Shown here: positions 50,852 through 62,230 of the stretch, piece after piece
Layout: the number at the start of each line of letters is the position of its first letter
How positions within the stretch are numbered: position 1 is the stretch's first letter
DNA from: Takakia lepidozioides
Taxonomy: Eukaryota; Plantae; Bryophyta
Assembly (NCBI GenBank): GCA_030704615.1
Contig: CM060734.1
Coordinates: 52,018,001 to 52,082,000, forward strand
DNA length: 64,000 nt
Direction: 5' to 3'
Translations under genes and position numbers: made by a program
Notes under the pieces: generated by a model
Database searches by the model: none
Seen by the model: only the letters and a program-made list of their open reading frames with translations
Told to the model about the DNA's origin: nothing

Positions 50852-51557
50852 AAAAGTGCTAGAGTTTCAGCTGCAGGATGGAGACGACGGGTTTGGGAAC
50901 GGCGGAGCCGAGCTACGCTGGGGATAGACGGGCGATTCAGGAGCCAGGGCTTTCTCCCCCGTAACTGGAATGGGCCGGGGACCCGCAAGCTCCAGCACAA
51001 AGTCCAGTGCTTCCCGCTGGTAATCCTCCTCAGTGATTTATCGTTAGCCACCAAGGCCTCGAGCAGACTGTGAGTGACCCCTCGCCTGTACATGGCGTCC
51101 ATAAACATGTCCATAAACATGTCTTTCCTCCCCCTCTCTTGGTGCGCAAGCCTGCAAGCAATCACGGAATCCACTCTCTTTCACAACAAGACACTACTGA
51201 GTGCCACAATTCCCTCTCTCTCTCTCTCTCTCACTCTCGGTATGCAGAAGACTGGAGCAAGGTGCGAATTATAGGGCACGTGGCCAGGGAACCTAGGAAA
51301 GAACGTAGGGAACTGGGAACCAGTTACCAGATAGTTTGGGTAACTTTAAATTTTTAAATTTGAAAACCTTCAAAAAAAAAAAACAGGGCATTTTGATCTA
51401 ATTTAAATGATGTAAAGCCAAATTGGTCATATCTTTGTCAAATGAACTCTGTTTGACACAGTTTTTGAGGGGATAGCTGTAGAAAGGGGAAATCTACCTA
51501 TCTAGACCTGGTTTCTGTTTTTGGGACTCTGCTAAAAATCTATGGAATTTTTAGAGT

Positions 51558-52394
51558 GTGAGTGTGCCACGAAATATCCACAATCCTGTTTCTAGAACCT
51601 GTGCTGGCCTATATGAGAGACAAACCTGTGGATGTACTCCTTGCATGGCTGGGGGAAATGAGGACGTAATTGAAGGGCAGGTCTCTTCTCTTAGCCTGTG
51701 CACACAAGGGGACAGGATTTATGTTTCCCAAGGAACTCAGACTGATTTGAGTGGAGAACAGTTGGACGAGTTGATTGCATACTGGGAGTCAGGCATTAGC
51801 AGTAGACAACAGACTGCTGTAGTTGGCATTGAGGGCCTCAATATCGCCTTGGACAGTCAGAACTCTGTTGGAGCCAGCAGTTCTGCAGCTGTAGGTGAAA
51901 TACCAAAGTGGGTGAAAGCTAGGCTTGGAACACAGCCAAAGACAGCACCGGGGACCAAGGTGTTCAGCCACAAGGCCGTGGTGTACTGGAGCAGAGGAGC
52001 AGGAGCTGCACAAGTTTGTGCAATTAGACAGTGTTGCAGTCGGACACGCTCTGCACAAGGCAACCACGAGCGGGGGTTCATTAGCGAGGACAAGTTTGTT
52101 CTGTTTGAAGGCGATGCAGTCATTCGCAATGAAGACACCCGCAACCGTCTCAAAGCTTTCGAGTTGAGAGACTATCAGACCCTACCTTTGTTTTCTTTAG
52201 TGTTCAGTGAGCGGGAGATAGCAGAGTGTTGCTTTGTCTCTACCTGGCAGAAAGAGGAGGAGGGTTGGTTAGAGCGAGCTACTGTAGCTTGGGACAAGGT
52301 TAGTGGCAGGTTTCTGGACATAGATATACCTCCTACACCTTACCATCAAGCAGAGCGAGGTACTTTGAGAGAAGTCTGGAAGTTGATAGCATAG
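51558..52394 (+). CDS. Unknown open reading frame upstream of gag (278 codons)
   Basis: Uninterrupted ORF inside the element. No recognised motif. Confidence 0.35.
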   Translation: MSVPRNIHNPVSRTCAGLYERQTCGCTPCMAGGNEDVIEGQVSSLSLCTQGDRIYVSQGTQTDLSGEQLDELIAYWESGISSRQQTAVVGIEGLNIALDSQNSVGASSSAAVGEIPKWVKARLGTQPKTAPGTKVFSHKAVVYWSRGAGAAQVCAIRQCCSRTRSAQGNHERGFISEDKFVLFEGDAVIRNEDTRNRLKAFELRDYQTLPLFSLVFSEREIAECCFVSTWQKEEEGWLERATVAWDKVSGRFLDIDIPPTPYHQAERGTLREVWKLIA

Positions 52395-53093
52395 ATCAGG
52401 GTTAGATCTTGCTTGGGCGGGCTTCTATTCTTCCCCTCCATCTCTGTACTATTTTCATTACCTTGTACTTGTAGTTGCCAAAGCCTCTCTTGGTGGAGGC
52501 CAGTCAGTCCGGGGTCTTGGGCTGGGATATTCTGCAGGATCAACGTTGCTGCTGGATTTTGGTGTGGGGGTGTTGATGTTTTGATTTCTTGTGTTTGGAT
52601 CCCCCCAACACCTGCATGCTTGACTGTGCGCCATGTTGGTTTTGTGTGGGCGCTTGCTTTCATAGGGATTAGGCCGGATTTGATCACCGGTCAATCCTAG
52701 AGTATGCTGTCGGTGGTGAGGCTGGAGTGATGACCAGCAAGACCACCAGTGTTTCTTCTATGGTGAGGCTGGGTTGATGACCAGCCAACCATAGGAGTTC
52801 TTGCGGTGGATGCAGGTGCAGGTGCCCTGAGCCATTGGGATATGACCCTTAGACTGCAACAGGTGCCCACCCGTGTCACTATTAGATTAGTACTAGAGCC
52901 TTATAGTGTCACTGGAGGAGGTGCACATTGTGAGTGTCATTACGGAGTTACCCAAGGGTTTTGAGGGGAGTACGGCTACAGGCAGTAACAGTGAGAGTGG
53001 GTTCACAAGACGAGGTATTCGGTTCAGACCACCTTCACCGCCCCCTCAATTACTGTAGAGTCAGACACAGGCTCGGAGGCTTCATCAACAGGT

Positions 53094-56000
53094 GTGCACT
53101 TTCATTCGCCATTGTTGTGGGACGACATGGAGGAGATGTATGGAGCTACCAAGGGGCCTCGTAGGTACTCTGGAGCTGTGGGCACAATCGAGTTGGATGA
53201 CTTTATCCAGGAGTTCGACAGCTGGTGTGATTTGCAGCAGATGCGCAATCCACATCTATTCACCCCATTCATGGCGTGGAAGGGACTGTTCCAGCATTTG
53301 GAAGGCCCGCCTATGGACGATTACCACGAGTTCAGGCGAGGACATGAAGCAGAGATTGAGGAGTGGAGGATGTATTGGTCACCTGACTACATCTCCATTA
53401 CTCGAGGCATGACGCGACCAGTAGCTGCATCAGTACCAATAGCTCCCACTGCCAGCACTAGTAGTGGAGCAGGTAGTGCTGGTACTTCTGCAGGTGGTAC
53501 CAGTTCAGAAGGTGCTACTACTCCTCCTGCCACAGCTACAACACATGTGCCTAGATTCAACCCGGTGGTGGAGTTCTTCCAGGAGTTGCGGAGGAACTAC
53601 CAAGGTGTACGGACAGAGAAGCTACGAAGTTTGCAAGACTTCCAGCGCAAACCCAGTGAGAGCCTGCGAGAGGCGTACACTCGTATGAGGCGCTTGATAA
53701 GTGTGACCCAAGGGGTTACTGAAGCTCAGGCAATCCAGTTTTGGTATGGAATTCTGGACAAGGAGCTCAAGAGAAGGGTGCGAGATGCAACCCTGTTACA
53801 AGCAGCCCAACCCACATTAGCAGATGTGTTTCTGCTGGCTGAGCGGATTGAGCTCAACATGGTGGAGGACGAGTTGTTACAATTGGATTTGGCAAGGACA
53901 TGCCTGTACGGGGCACAGCTGTCAGCCCACAAGCACAAGGGACTGCCCAACAGCGTGGTCAGGGGGGCAAGGTTGCCCAGCCCAAGTTCCATGGAGCTTA
54001 CAGGGGGCCTCAGGTGCAAAGGCCCGTGGCATCTTTTGCAGGCCAACAGCAACCAGGGGTGATATGTTGGACATGTGGAGGACCCCATGTCAAGAGAGAT
54101 TGCCCAGAGAGTGGCAGAAGGCCGGCACAAGCACAGCCTGCACAGTTGCAGTGTGGGCATTGTGGCAATATGGGCATGGAGATGCCCAGTGTTATGACTT
54201 GCATCCTGAGTTGCGCCCAGGCCAGTTCCAAGGGAACAATGGTGGCCGGGGGCGAGGTGGACCAGCCCAGAGAGGACGAGGTGGTCGGGCACGAGGTGCA
54301 GGCCAAGGGCAAGCTCAACATGGCCAAGGACGCGGAGGTCAGGGCGTTGATCAAGGCATGGCCAACCGGCTTCAGCAGCTAGAGCAGAGGCTCGCTGCCA
54401 TGGCTATAGCTCAGGCGGTACCGGCTCCCAGGCGGGATGGTCCACCTCCTGCTCCTGAGGGAGGAGATATGGGAGGCATGGGATTTATGTGCGGAGCAGC
54501 ACTACCACTAGAGCAGGTGGAGTCTGCTGCAGCCGTGACTCGAGGAGCAGCACGAGTTCCTGAGCCACGAGGTGCAGAGGTGGAATTGGATCCACAGCGT
54601 GGGGAGGCAAGCCGTCAGGCAAGGCTTCCTCAGTCATTCACATTGGCGGAGACTGTGTCAACGCCATCCATGGCACCTAGTTCTCGCCCGACTGTTACCG
54701 AGGCGGAGGTTACTATGCCATTGGGGAGAGCTACACGTGCAGCATTGACTCCTGCTGCCAAGGCTAGTGCGGCCGGTGTGTTATTGGGGGCAGCCACCTC
54801 TGTGTGTCAGGCCCCACTGTTCTCGGCAACAATGATTGCGACGCCGGGGGTGAGACCAGCTGCAGTGTTCAGACTAGCAGCAACACTCTGTGAGAGTGGG
54901 GAGGTCACTTCATCTTCTGCGGAGTTAGTGGAAGGTGTAGTGGCAGAGGGATCCTCGGATTTGAGGGTCAAGACTGCCACGGCAGCGCCCTGGCAAGCTG
55001 CAGCTACTAGGTTGACGGAGCTGCCAGCTAGGCCAGCCATTGAGCGCGCCATGGTGACACCTGGAGTTGTCTTGTTAGACAACCAGGGAGGCATTTTCAC
55101 TTTGAGTGGACCGGCAGGCAAGAAGTACCGGCCACTGCGGGTCTTGTTGGACTCAGGAGCTCAGCCACTGATGTTGGGCAGAGCTGCTATTGCAGGTTTG
55201 GGCCTCATGGAGGCGGATATGGAGCCTTGTCCTTTCCAGATACAGACATCTCTGGGAGGATCAGAGCAGGCTCGCGGCATGACACGACATCAGTTGGCTA
55301 TTAGACTGCAGCCGGATCATCCTGTAGATGGCTCAGTGATGCGAGCCAAGGCCATTGTGACAGACGCGGTCTCTTACGATGTCCTCGTTGGTGGGGCAGT
55401 GTTATACCCCATGGGCTTCACCCTGGATTTCTGGGAGGAGTCAGCATCCTACAGGCCTGGATGGCAGTCAGGGGATGGTCGCCGTGCACAGCTCCCTGTG
55501 ACATTCATTGGGGGTATTGCAGCTGCCCAGCGGGGCAAGATGCCAACACTAGCCGCCTTCACAGCTGCCGTTAGTTGGCCTGGAGAGTTGCTGGAAGGCA
55601 ATGTCCATGCAGAGGATGTGCCACCTCCAGCAGAGCAGGATGACATGCATGGTACGGCGGAGTTGCCTGCCATGGTTGCTCACACCCCGTTGTGGGGTAC
55701 GAGCAAAGATTTGCAGCAAGCTGCTGATGGACGGGTGCAACAAGCTTGGGAAGAAGCTTTTGTACCGTCAGGAGAGGAGGAGAGTGCGGTGATTGCACCA
55801 GGGCCACCTCAGTTGTCGCCATTGGACACCACACCTCTTGTATGGCAGCGGCCGGATGAAGGCATTTGCCTTCTGGACTTGTTTGGCGGGATCAGCACCG
55901 GATTGGCTGCTGTGCTACAGGCAGGTGTGCGGGTAAGGCGTTACCTGTATGTGGAGAGGGATGAGACTGCACGACGCGTCTCACTGCGCCATGTGGCTCA

Positions 56001-57111
56001 GTTGGTACAGCAGTACCCTGACTTGTTGCCTGTGTCTGCAGTTCGTGGATACCAACAAGCCTTGCCAGCAGACATTTCCTTGTTGGGGGCGCAAGATTTG
56101 GAGCAGGTTGGCTCCATTGATCTGATAGTGGCAGGTTGGCCCTGCCAAGGGCATTCATCAGCCGGGCATGGCAATGGATTGCGAGACTCGAGGACGGGTC
56201 TGTTTTGGGAGATGGTGCGGATTTTGCGTTGCTTGCAGCTTCATCAAGCTGTATCTCCAGCATACATCTTGGAGAATGTACCACTGATGGGTGATTCTCG
56301 GGCCAGGGTGATGGCCAGTGTGCATCAAGTCCGGTCGTGGCTTGGGTCAGCAGTGTTGCTGGATGCAGCTGCAGTGGGGTCACGGGCTCATCGTCCACGA
56401 CTATGGTGGACTAACTTGATGCCACCCGCACTGCTCAAGCGTGCATTTGATGGGGTGCAGCGGCCAGCACACCTCACCGTGGATGGCATTTTGGACACAG
56501 GAAGGCAGTCTCAACGTGTGAGACACGATGACCGTTCGCCTTTGGCAGTGGTCAACAGGGTGGGTCAACCACGAGCAGCATTACCTACACTGCTCAGCTT
56601 CCCAGGATCCCATGCTTTTCGGGATGGTGGACCTGGCCTCCTGTGGGATGCTCAGTTGCAGCAGTTAGTGGAGCCTAATGCCGACGAGCGAGAGCGGGCT
56701 ATGGGGTTTTCCACTGGGACCACGGCGGTGCCTTCTCTTTCTGAGGCATCACGTCGTCAGGTGTTGGGGCAAGCAATGGATCTCAATTGCTTGACCTGGA
56801 TTGTCAGCTTGGCTATGGCTGAGCAACGTAGAGTGCGGAGTGCACTTCCCTTGATGGTCTCTCTGCCTACCGAGACGGTACAGGCAGCGAGTGGGGGCGA
56901 GCCGGTGAGGACCACGAGGTGTAGACATCCATGGCACATGTGGGAGGTGCTCGAGGTTCAGAGGGAGTTGGCAGCGAAGGCAGCTGTGATGGATGAGGTT
57001 GGGGATTCTTCTCGGGATGAGGAGGTTCTCAATGATGAGATGATGGGGCAGGATGAGGCCTTGTCATTGACTGAGCAGGAAGGGGGTACTGCTCAAGAGG
57101 TTGCAGCATAG
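53094..57111 (+). CDS. Gag (two zinc knuckles), aspartic protease and C5 cytosine DNA methyltransferase; two single-base frameshifts (~53870, ~54170)
   Basis: FQRKPSESLREAYTRM, CWTCGGPHVKRDC, CGHCG..GH...C, VLLDSGAQ. DNMT motifs at 55861-56800: LDLFGGISTG, YVERD, AGWPCQG, ILENV, HRPRLWW, ERERAMGF, VLGQAM. Confidence 0.9.
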
Positions 57112-60100
57112 CAACCACGGGACGCGTCCTCTACCTCTAAGCCCACTGGACTTAAGGTTGCAGTTACGGAGGACAATTGGGAGCCTGACATTGGACCCAT
57201 TGTCACCGGAGGAGAGAGACGACGTATACGGCGGTTCCTGAGGGCTTACAGGAATTGCTTTGCCTTCAGTTTGAAGGACTTGGGAGCACTGAAGGGTCAA
57301 GAGATCCGTATTGAGTTGGCCACTGACACGCCAATCTTTCGGAGACCCTATAGATACAGTGACATGGAGAGGTCTTTGATTCAGATGAGGACTCAAGATC
57401 TCTGGGAGGCAGGTTTGGTGGAGCTCTCTGGTGGAGAGTATGCTTCAGCCACAGTGATGCCAGCTAAGAAGGATGTCTATGGCAATTGGACGGAGAGACG
57501 TATGTGCGGTGATTACCGGCCTGTAAATCGTCAGACCAAGTCCGATAGGTATGCCATGCCAACACCAGAGGAGATCTTTGATGCCATTGGGCATTCCAAG
57601 GTCTTTAGCACGTTGGATTTACGATCCGGATATCACCAGTTGCCGATCAAGGAGGCGGATAAGCAAAAGACGGCATTCTGGGGGATCAATGAGCACGGGA
57701 AGGATTGCCTATACCAGTGGCGGTTCTTACCATTTGGGCTTAAAAACGCTCCCGCTGAGTTTCAAAGAGTCATGGACAGGATTCTAGCAGGGGTGGAGTT
57801 TGCTCGGTGCTACATAGATGACATCATCATCTTTAGTGCTACGGTGGAGGAGCATGAGAGACACCTTCAGGGGGTATTTGAGCGCTTGAGGACGCACGGA
57901 TTGAAGTTACATCCGGGCAAGTGCAAGTTTTTCCACAACCAGATTGAGTATCTGGGTCACATGATATATCCTGGAGGATTGGGGGTACAGCAGACTAAGG
58001 TAGAGTCCATTGCACAGGTTCCACGCCCCACGGATGTGAGCCGAGTTCGAGCTTTCATGGGGTTAGCAAACTATTACAGACGGTTTGTTAAGGGATTTAG
58101 TGCCATTGCAAAGGCTCTAACCAAGCTGACCAAGGTGGACCAGGAGTGGCAGTGGGAAGATGAGCAAGAACAAGCTTTTCAAGAGCTCAAGGCGAGGTTG
58201 ACCTCGGCGCCCATCTTGAGACGACCTATCAGGGGGCGTCCTTTTCAGCTGCATACAGATTGGAGCATGCTGGGGCTTGGAGCGGTGCTCACACAGGTGG
58301 ATGATGAGGGAAGAGAGTTCGTAGTGGCTTATGCTAGCCGCTCGAACAATGCTGCAGAGTCTAAGTATAGCTCATATGAGGGAGAATGCTTAGCTGCAGT
58401 GTGGGCCGTGGCACACTTCAGGTGCTATCTATACGGCAATCTCTTCACCCTTGTCACGGATCACCAACCACTCAAGTGGTTGATGGAGTCAGACAAGCTT
58501 ACGGGGAAGCTTGCACGGTGGGCACTCATCCTTCAAGAGTATGACTTTCAGGTGGTGCATCGACCGGGTTTGGTCAATCGAAATGCAGATGGGTTGAGTC
58601 GCAATCCATGCACGAGCCAGCAGGATGACACTGGAGCTCGGTGGCATGGTGAGACGGACGAGGAGATGGTGCCCGGATGGCATGCATCTGCATTTCTGTG
58701 TATCTTGGCAGCGGAAGGCCAGGTTGGACCTACAACAGGGATGACTGTAGATCAAGTGTCTGAGGACCCTGAGGCCAGCAATGAGCAGGGTGGCGCCAAA
58801 GATATACATGAGGATTCAGTTGTGTTGGACTACCTCCGCAGTGGAGACACGGCAGCCACTATGACTGCCAAGGAGAGGGATCGGATCCTACAACGAGCCA
58901 AGAGGTTCAGGTGGGAGGGGACACACCTGCTCCGAGTGTGGGAGGATGGTCGAGTGAGGATTGTGCCTCACCCAACACAGCGGGCACGGTTAGTGCGGCA
59001 TGCCCATGAGGAGTTGGGGCATTTTGGGGTGCGACGCACTCATAGTCTACTGCAGGGGCAGTATTGGTGGCGTGGTATGCACACAGAGGTGCAACAATTT
59101 GTGGCTAGGTGCATGGTGTGTGACAGGGTGCGTGCTTCATTCAACGCCCCTACTCCACAATTGCACCCTCTTCCGATCATGGGATTGGGCTACAGGTGGA
59201 GTCTTGACTTCGCAGGGCCGTTGCCACTGACCATGCGCCACAACAAGTACGTGTTGGTGATGGTGGAGCACTTCTCCAAGTGGATTGAATTGGTTCCATT
59301 GCCTGATAAGGCTAGTGAGGGAGCTGCGTATGCATTCCTGGATTGTGTGCTTAGCCGATTCGGTGCTCCAGCTGAGGTACTCACGGACCAAGGGAGAGAG
59401 TTCTTGGGGGAGTTTCAGGCTTTGTGTGACAAGGCCTTGATAGACCACCGCACCACTTCTCGGGATCATCCTGAAGCTGATGGCTTGGCAGAGAGAGTTG
59501 TTCAGACAGTGAAGAGGGGTTTGCGCAAGTATGGCTTGCAGAAGGGACACCTAGGAGATTGGGACCTTCAGTTACCCTGGTTAGCCATGGGCTACAGGTT
59601 CAGCAAGCAAGCATCACTTGCCTCTTTCTCACCATACTTTCTTCTCTTTGGCCGAGAGCCGGATTTGCCTACATCCATTCGCAGAGAAGCTGCTACAGTT
59701 CTTAACCTTGACGATCCGGACGTGTGGGCACGTGCATGTGAGCAGCGTGCAGAGTTGTTCAAGAGAGTCATGCCCATGGCTTTCGAGAACCTTGCCATTG
59801 CACAACACCGTGATACGTTGAGGTATGCTACCATACGTGGTGGGGGCTATCGTCCTGGGGTTCGGAGATTCAACCCTGGTGACTATGTCTATCTGCAGCA
59901 GACTGCTCCTACGACCCTGGATGTGACTGCAGGACGTGTTATTTTGAGGGTTCGAGAGGTCTTGCCCTCAGGCGTCTTGGTCTTGGAGGGTCGGGATGGC
60001 ATCACTTGGAAGGACCATGTGCGTAATTGTGCGCCATGCCACCTTCCGAATGTCGATGGCAGGATTGACCCAAACCTGGCAGTGGTATCTGCAGGTTTGA

Positions 60101-60246
60101 GGTGCAAGTTGTGTGGGTCTGCTAAAGGGGCAGCCACCATGCTGGTATGTGATCGGTGCTCTAGAGGTTGGCATATGGGATGCTTGACTCCACCTCTTGA
60201 GATGGTTCCAGATGGGGATTGGTTATGTCCACAATGCATTGGATAG
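57112..60246 (+). CDS. Pol: reverse transcriptase, RNase H, integrase and C-terminal PHD finger; same frame as the upstream ORF after one TAG
   Basis: RMCGDYRPVN, LPFGLKNAP, YIDDII, LHTDWS, TDHQPL, HEELGH...CMVC, WSLDFAG/LTDQG/GLAER. PHD CKLC...CDRC...H..C...W.CPQC. Intact frame. Confidence 0.96.
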   Translation, partial: QPRDASSTSKPTGLKVAVTEDNWEPDIGPIVTGGERRRIRRFLRAYRNCFAFSLKDLGALKGQEIRIELATDTPIFRRPYRYSDMERSLIQMRTQDLWEAGLVELSGGEYASATVMPAKKDVYGNWTERRMCGDYRPVNRQTKSDRYAMPTPEEIFDAIGHSKVFSTLDLRSGYHQLPIKEADKQKTAFWGINEHGKDCLYQWRFLPFGLKNAPAEFQRVMDRILAGVEFARCYIDDIIIFSATVEEHERHLQGVFERLRTHGLKLHPGKCKFFHNQIEYLGHMIYPGGLGVQQTKVESIAQVPRPTDVSRVRAFMGLANYYRRFVKGFSAIAKALTKLTKVDQEWQWEDEQEQAFQELKARLTSAPILRRPIRGRPFQLHTDWSMLGLGAVLTQVDDEGREFVVAYASRSNNAAESKYSSYEGECLAAVWAVAHFRCYLYGNLFTLVTDHQPLKWLMESDKLTGKLARWALILQEYDFQVVHRPGLVNRNADGLSRNPCTSQQDDTGARWHGETDEEMVPGWHASAFLCILAAEGQVGPTTGMTVDQVSEDPEASNEQGGAKDIHEDSVVLDYLRSGDTAATMTAKERDRILQRAKRFRWEGTHLLRVWEDGRVRIVPHPTQRARLVRHAHEELGHFGVRRTHSLLQGQYWWRGMHTEVQQFVARCMVCDRVRASFNAPTPQLHPLPIMGLGYRWSLDFAGPLPLTMRHNKYVLVMVEHFSKWIELVPLPDKASEGAAYAFLDCVLSRFGAPAEVLTDQGREFLGEFQALCDKALIDHRTTSRDHPEADGLAERVVQTVKRGLRKYGLQKGHLGDWDLQLPWLAMGYRFSKQASLASFSPYFLLFGREPDLPTSIRREAATVLNLDDPDVWARACEQRAELFKRVMPMAFENLAIAQHRDTLRYATIRGGGYRPGVRRFNPGDYVYLQQTAPTTLDVTAGRVILRVREVLPSGVLVLEGRDGITWKDHVRNCAPCHLPNVDGRIDPNLAVVSAGLRCKLCGSAKGAATMLVCDRCSRGWHMGCLTPPLEMVPDGDWLCPQCIG

Positions 60247-62230
60247 TGGGAGTGGATACAACCATGGGAGACTAACAAGCAACGCAAGGCCCAGCTACTA
60301 GGAGACCTTGAACACACGAGGTCCTGGCTCAAGTTCACAGATTGCAAGATGGCGACTAACGATGGGGCTACTCTTGTACCCGGCCTCTTGGTCTATAGAG
60401 TTTGAGTACAATAGGGACAGTGATAGAGGACTTAGTACGGCTGTGGCTATTACATCTTGTAGCTATCTGGAGGTAGAGGGACCTATCCACCAGCTAGGGG
60501 GGCGATTGTGGCAGACTACTTTATTGTGCATATATGTATGGTGTGGTTTGGACAGCGATGTAGTTGTGTAGCGATATGTATGCGCACGACAGCTGTCAAG
60601 TTAAATAAGCACAGTGTGAAAACAGCTAGAATAAAACTAGTTATTTGTATTTAACACTTGGATTTAGGTCAAGTGTTAAATCAGGTGTCAAGTTTAGTTT
60701 GACACCTGGTCCGTCTTATCTTCACGAGAGCGGCAGTCGCGCGGCTCATCTTTCTCGAGTTGAGCCTGCGCGACCGAGCTCCTGCATGTGTTTAGATTTG
60801 AGTGTGCGTATGTAGGGGTACAGGTTGTTGTGGGGTGGAGTCCCCATAGCTTGGGGTGCCCCTGGCTCGACTACTATTTTCTAAGAGTGATGGTTTGGTT
60901 TTCATGTTTTGTGTCACAGTGTGTTCGATGGATTTCTATCATTGTGGCAGACTACTTTATTGTGCATATATGTATGGTGTGGTTTGGACAGCGATGTAGT
61001 TGTGTAGCGATATGTATGCGCACGACAAACTGCATTGTGTGCTTCTTGCACAGTTTTTTCAAGGTTAATTTGTTCCAATTCAATTAGTCTATGGTCAAGA
61101 GGCGATCTTGTCTATTGAATTTGAAATCCCTTTTGTCTGTATCGCTTTTGAAGAACGATTGGGGCTGAAGCTCCTTTCAGTGCCCCGCTTTGAAAATCGG
61201 TTGAATTGGATGAAATCTGACACTGTGCACTCCAGACGATTGAAATCAGTGAACCGCATTGCAAGGACTAGCCTGGAACCTAAATCGTCTGAATCCCATG
61301 ACCTAGTTTTACTCTACGACAGTCGTCTTCCAAAATTTCCTAGCAAACGTTTTCTTTAAAAAAAGATCGAAAATGCGTTGGCTTGGTCATTGTCGTGTTG
61401 TTCAAGCTAATAATCATTCCGAGACAGGATGGACGGAACGAAGATGAGTATGGTGGGGGGGGGGGGGACGCTTGAAGAGATAGTAGCGGCTAGTGGACAA
61501 CAGTCCACTGTTCGCATGTTGATAGTGGCTCTTCTGGCATGTTATTGTACACATGTTGTTCTCGTTAAGCCTTGTTTTACTGCAGGTATGAGTGAGGGAG
61601 CGATAGATGTGAAGCAACGAGCAGTTCTGCTGACGATTGTGCAGAGAGAGAGAGAGAGAGAGTCACAATGGTGCGTCCAAAGATCACCAGTGGTCATGAT
61701 ACGGAGGTGTGGAGTAGGTTGTCTGGCAATTTACTGGGCGAATTGCTTCTATGTCGCTTAGGGATGGTGTGCAATCGGTGGAAATCGTTGCCATCAATTG
61801 CGTTTTTTTTATAAAAAATTTAAATTTAATGGTTTTTTTTTCCCCCTCCTTTCCCGTTTGTCTGCAACCAACTCATTCTCCATCACGTCGTCCTTATATG
61901 TTGAAAATGGAACTTGAAGGATTTTCCAAGCTGCCAAACTCATGTAGACAATGCATACTAATGAAACGCACACTAATACGTTGCGCAATCATCATGTAGA
62001 CAATGAATGCACAGGAAACACGTCGTATGCATCCAATATCAATATTGAAATGCTGACTCAATTCCACAGTTTGGTTGCCTATACACATACAAAGTAGATT
62101 ATACAAAGTGTTAACTTCCGCTTCTACTGTATGTCGTGTAAATGATCCATTTTCTTGTCCCTTTGTTGCCTTTATACCCCTGTGATCCGTCCTAACCGCC
62201 TGTGAGCTAACTACCTTGACTCTAACCGTT

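Larger units (their letters stand above)
49059..61027 (+). mobile_element. Young Ty3/Gypsy retrotransposon encoding a C5 DNA methyltransferase and PHD-integrase, with split (permuted) terminal repeats
   Basis: Repeat B (348 bp) at 49059-49406 and 60594-60941, repeat A (85 bp) at 60507-60591 and 60943-61027, both apparently identical. TGTC...GACA termini, AACT TSD, PPT at ~60496-60505, gag-PR-DNMT-RT-RH-IN-PHD. Confidence 0.95.
48960..61200 (+). pseudogene. Old Gypsy integrase remnant that is the target site of the 49059-61027 element
   Basis: Joining the flanks gives DWDIKLHCVLLA, followed by LVYGQEAILSIEFEIP, typical of Gypsy integrase C-terminal core. Confidence 0.65.

Noticed and set aside
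49059-60941. Ordinary element bounded by the two 348-bp repeats
   Set aside because: No TSD flanks 49059/60941, the PPT abuts 60507 rather than 60594, and the target frame is restored only with the 61027 boundary.
49059-61027. DIRS/Ngaro/PAT tyrosine-recombinase retroelement
   Set aside because: Despite split repeats it has an aspartic protease, a DDE integrase, a PPT and a TSD, and no tyrosine recombinase.
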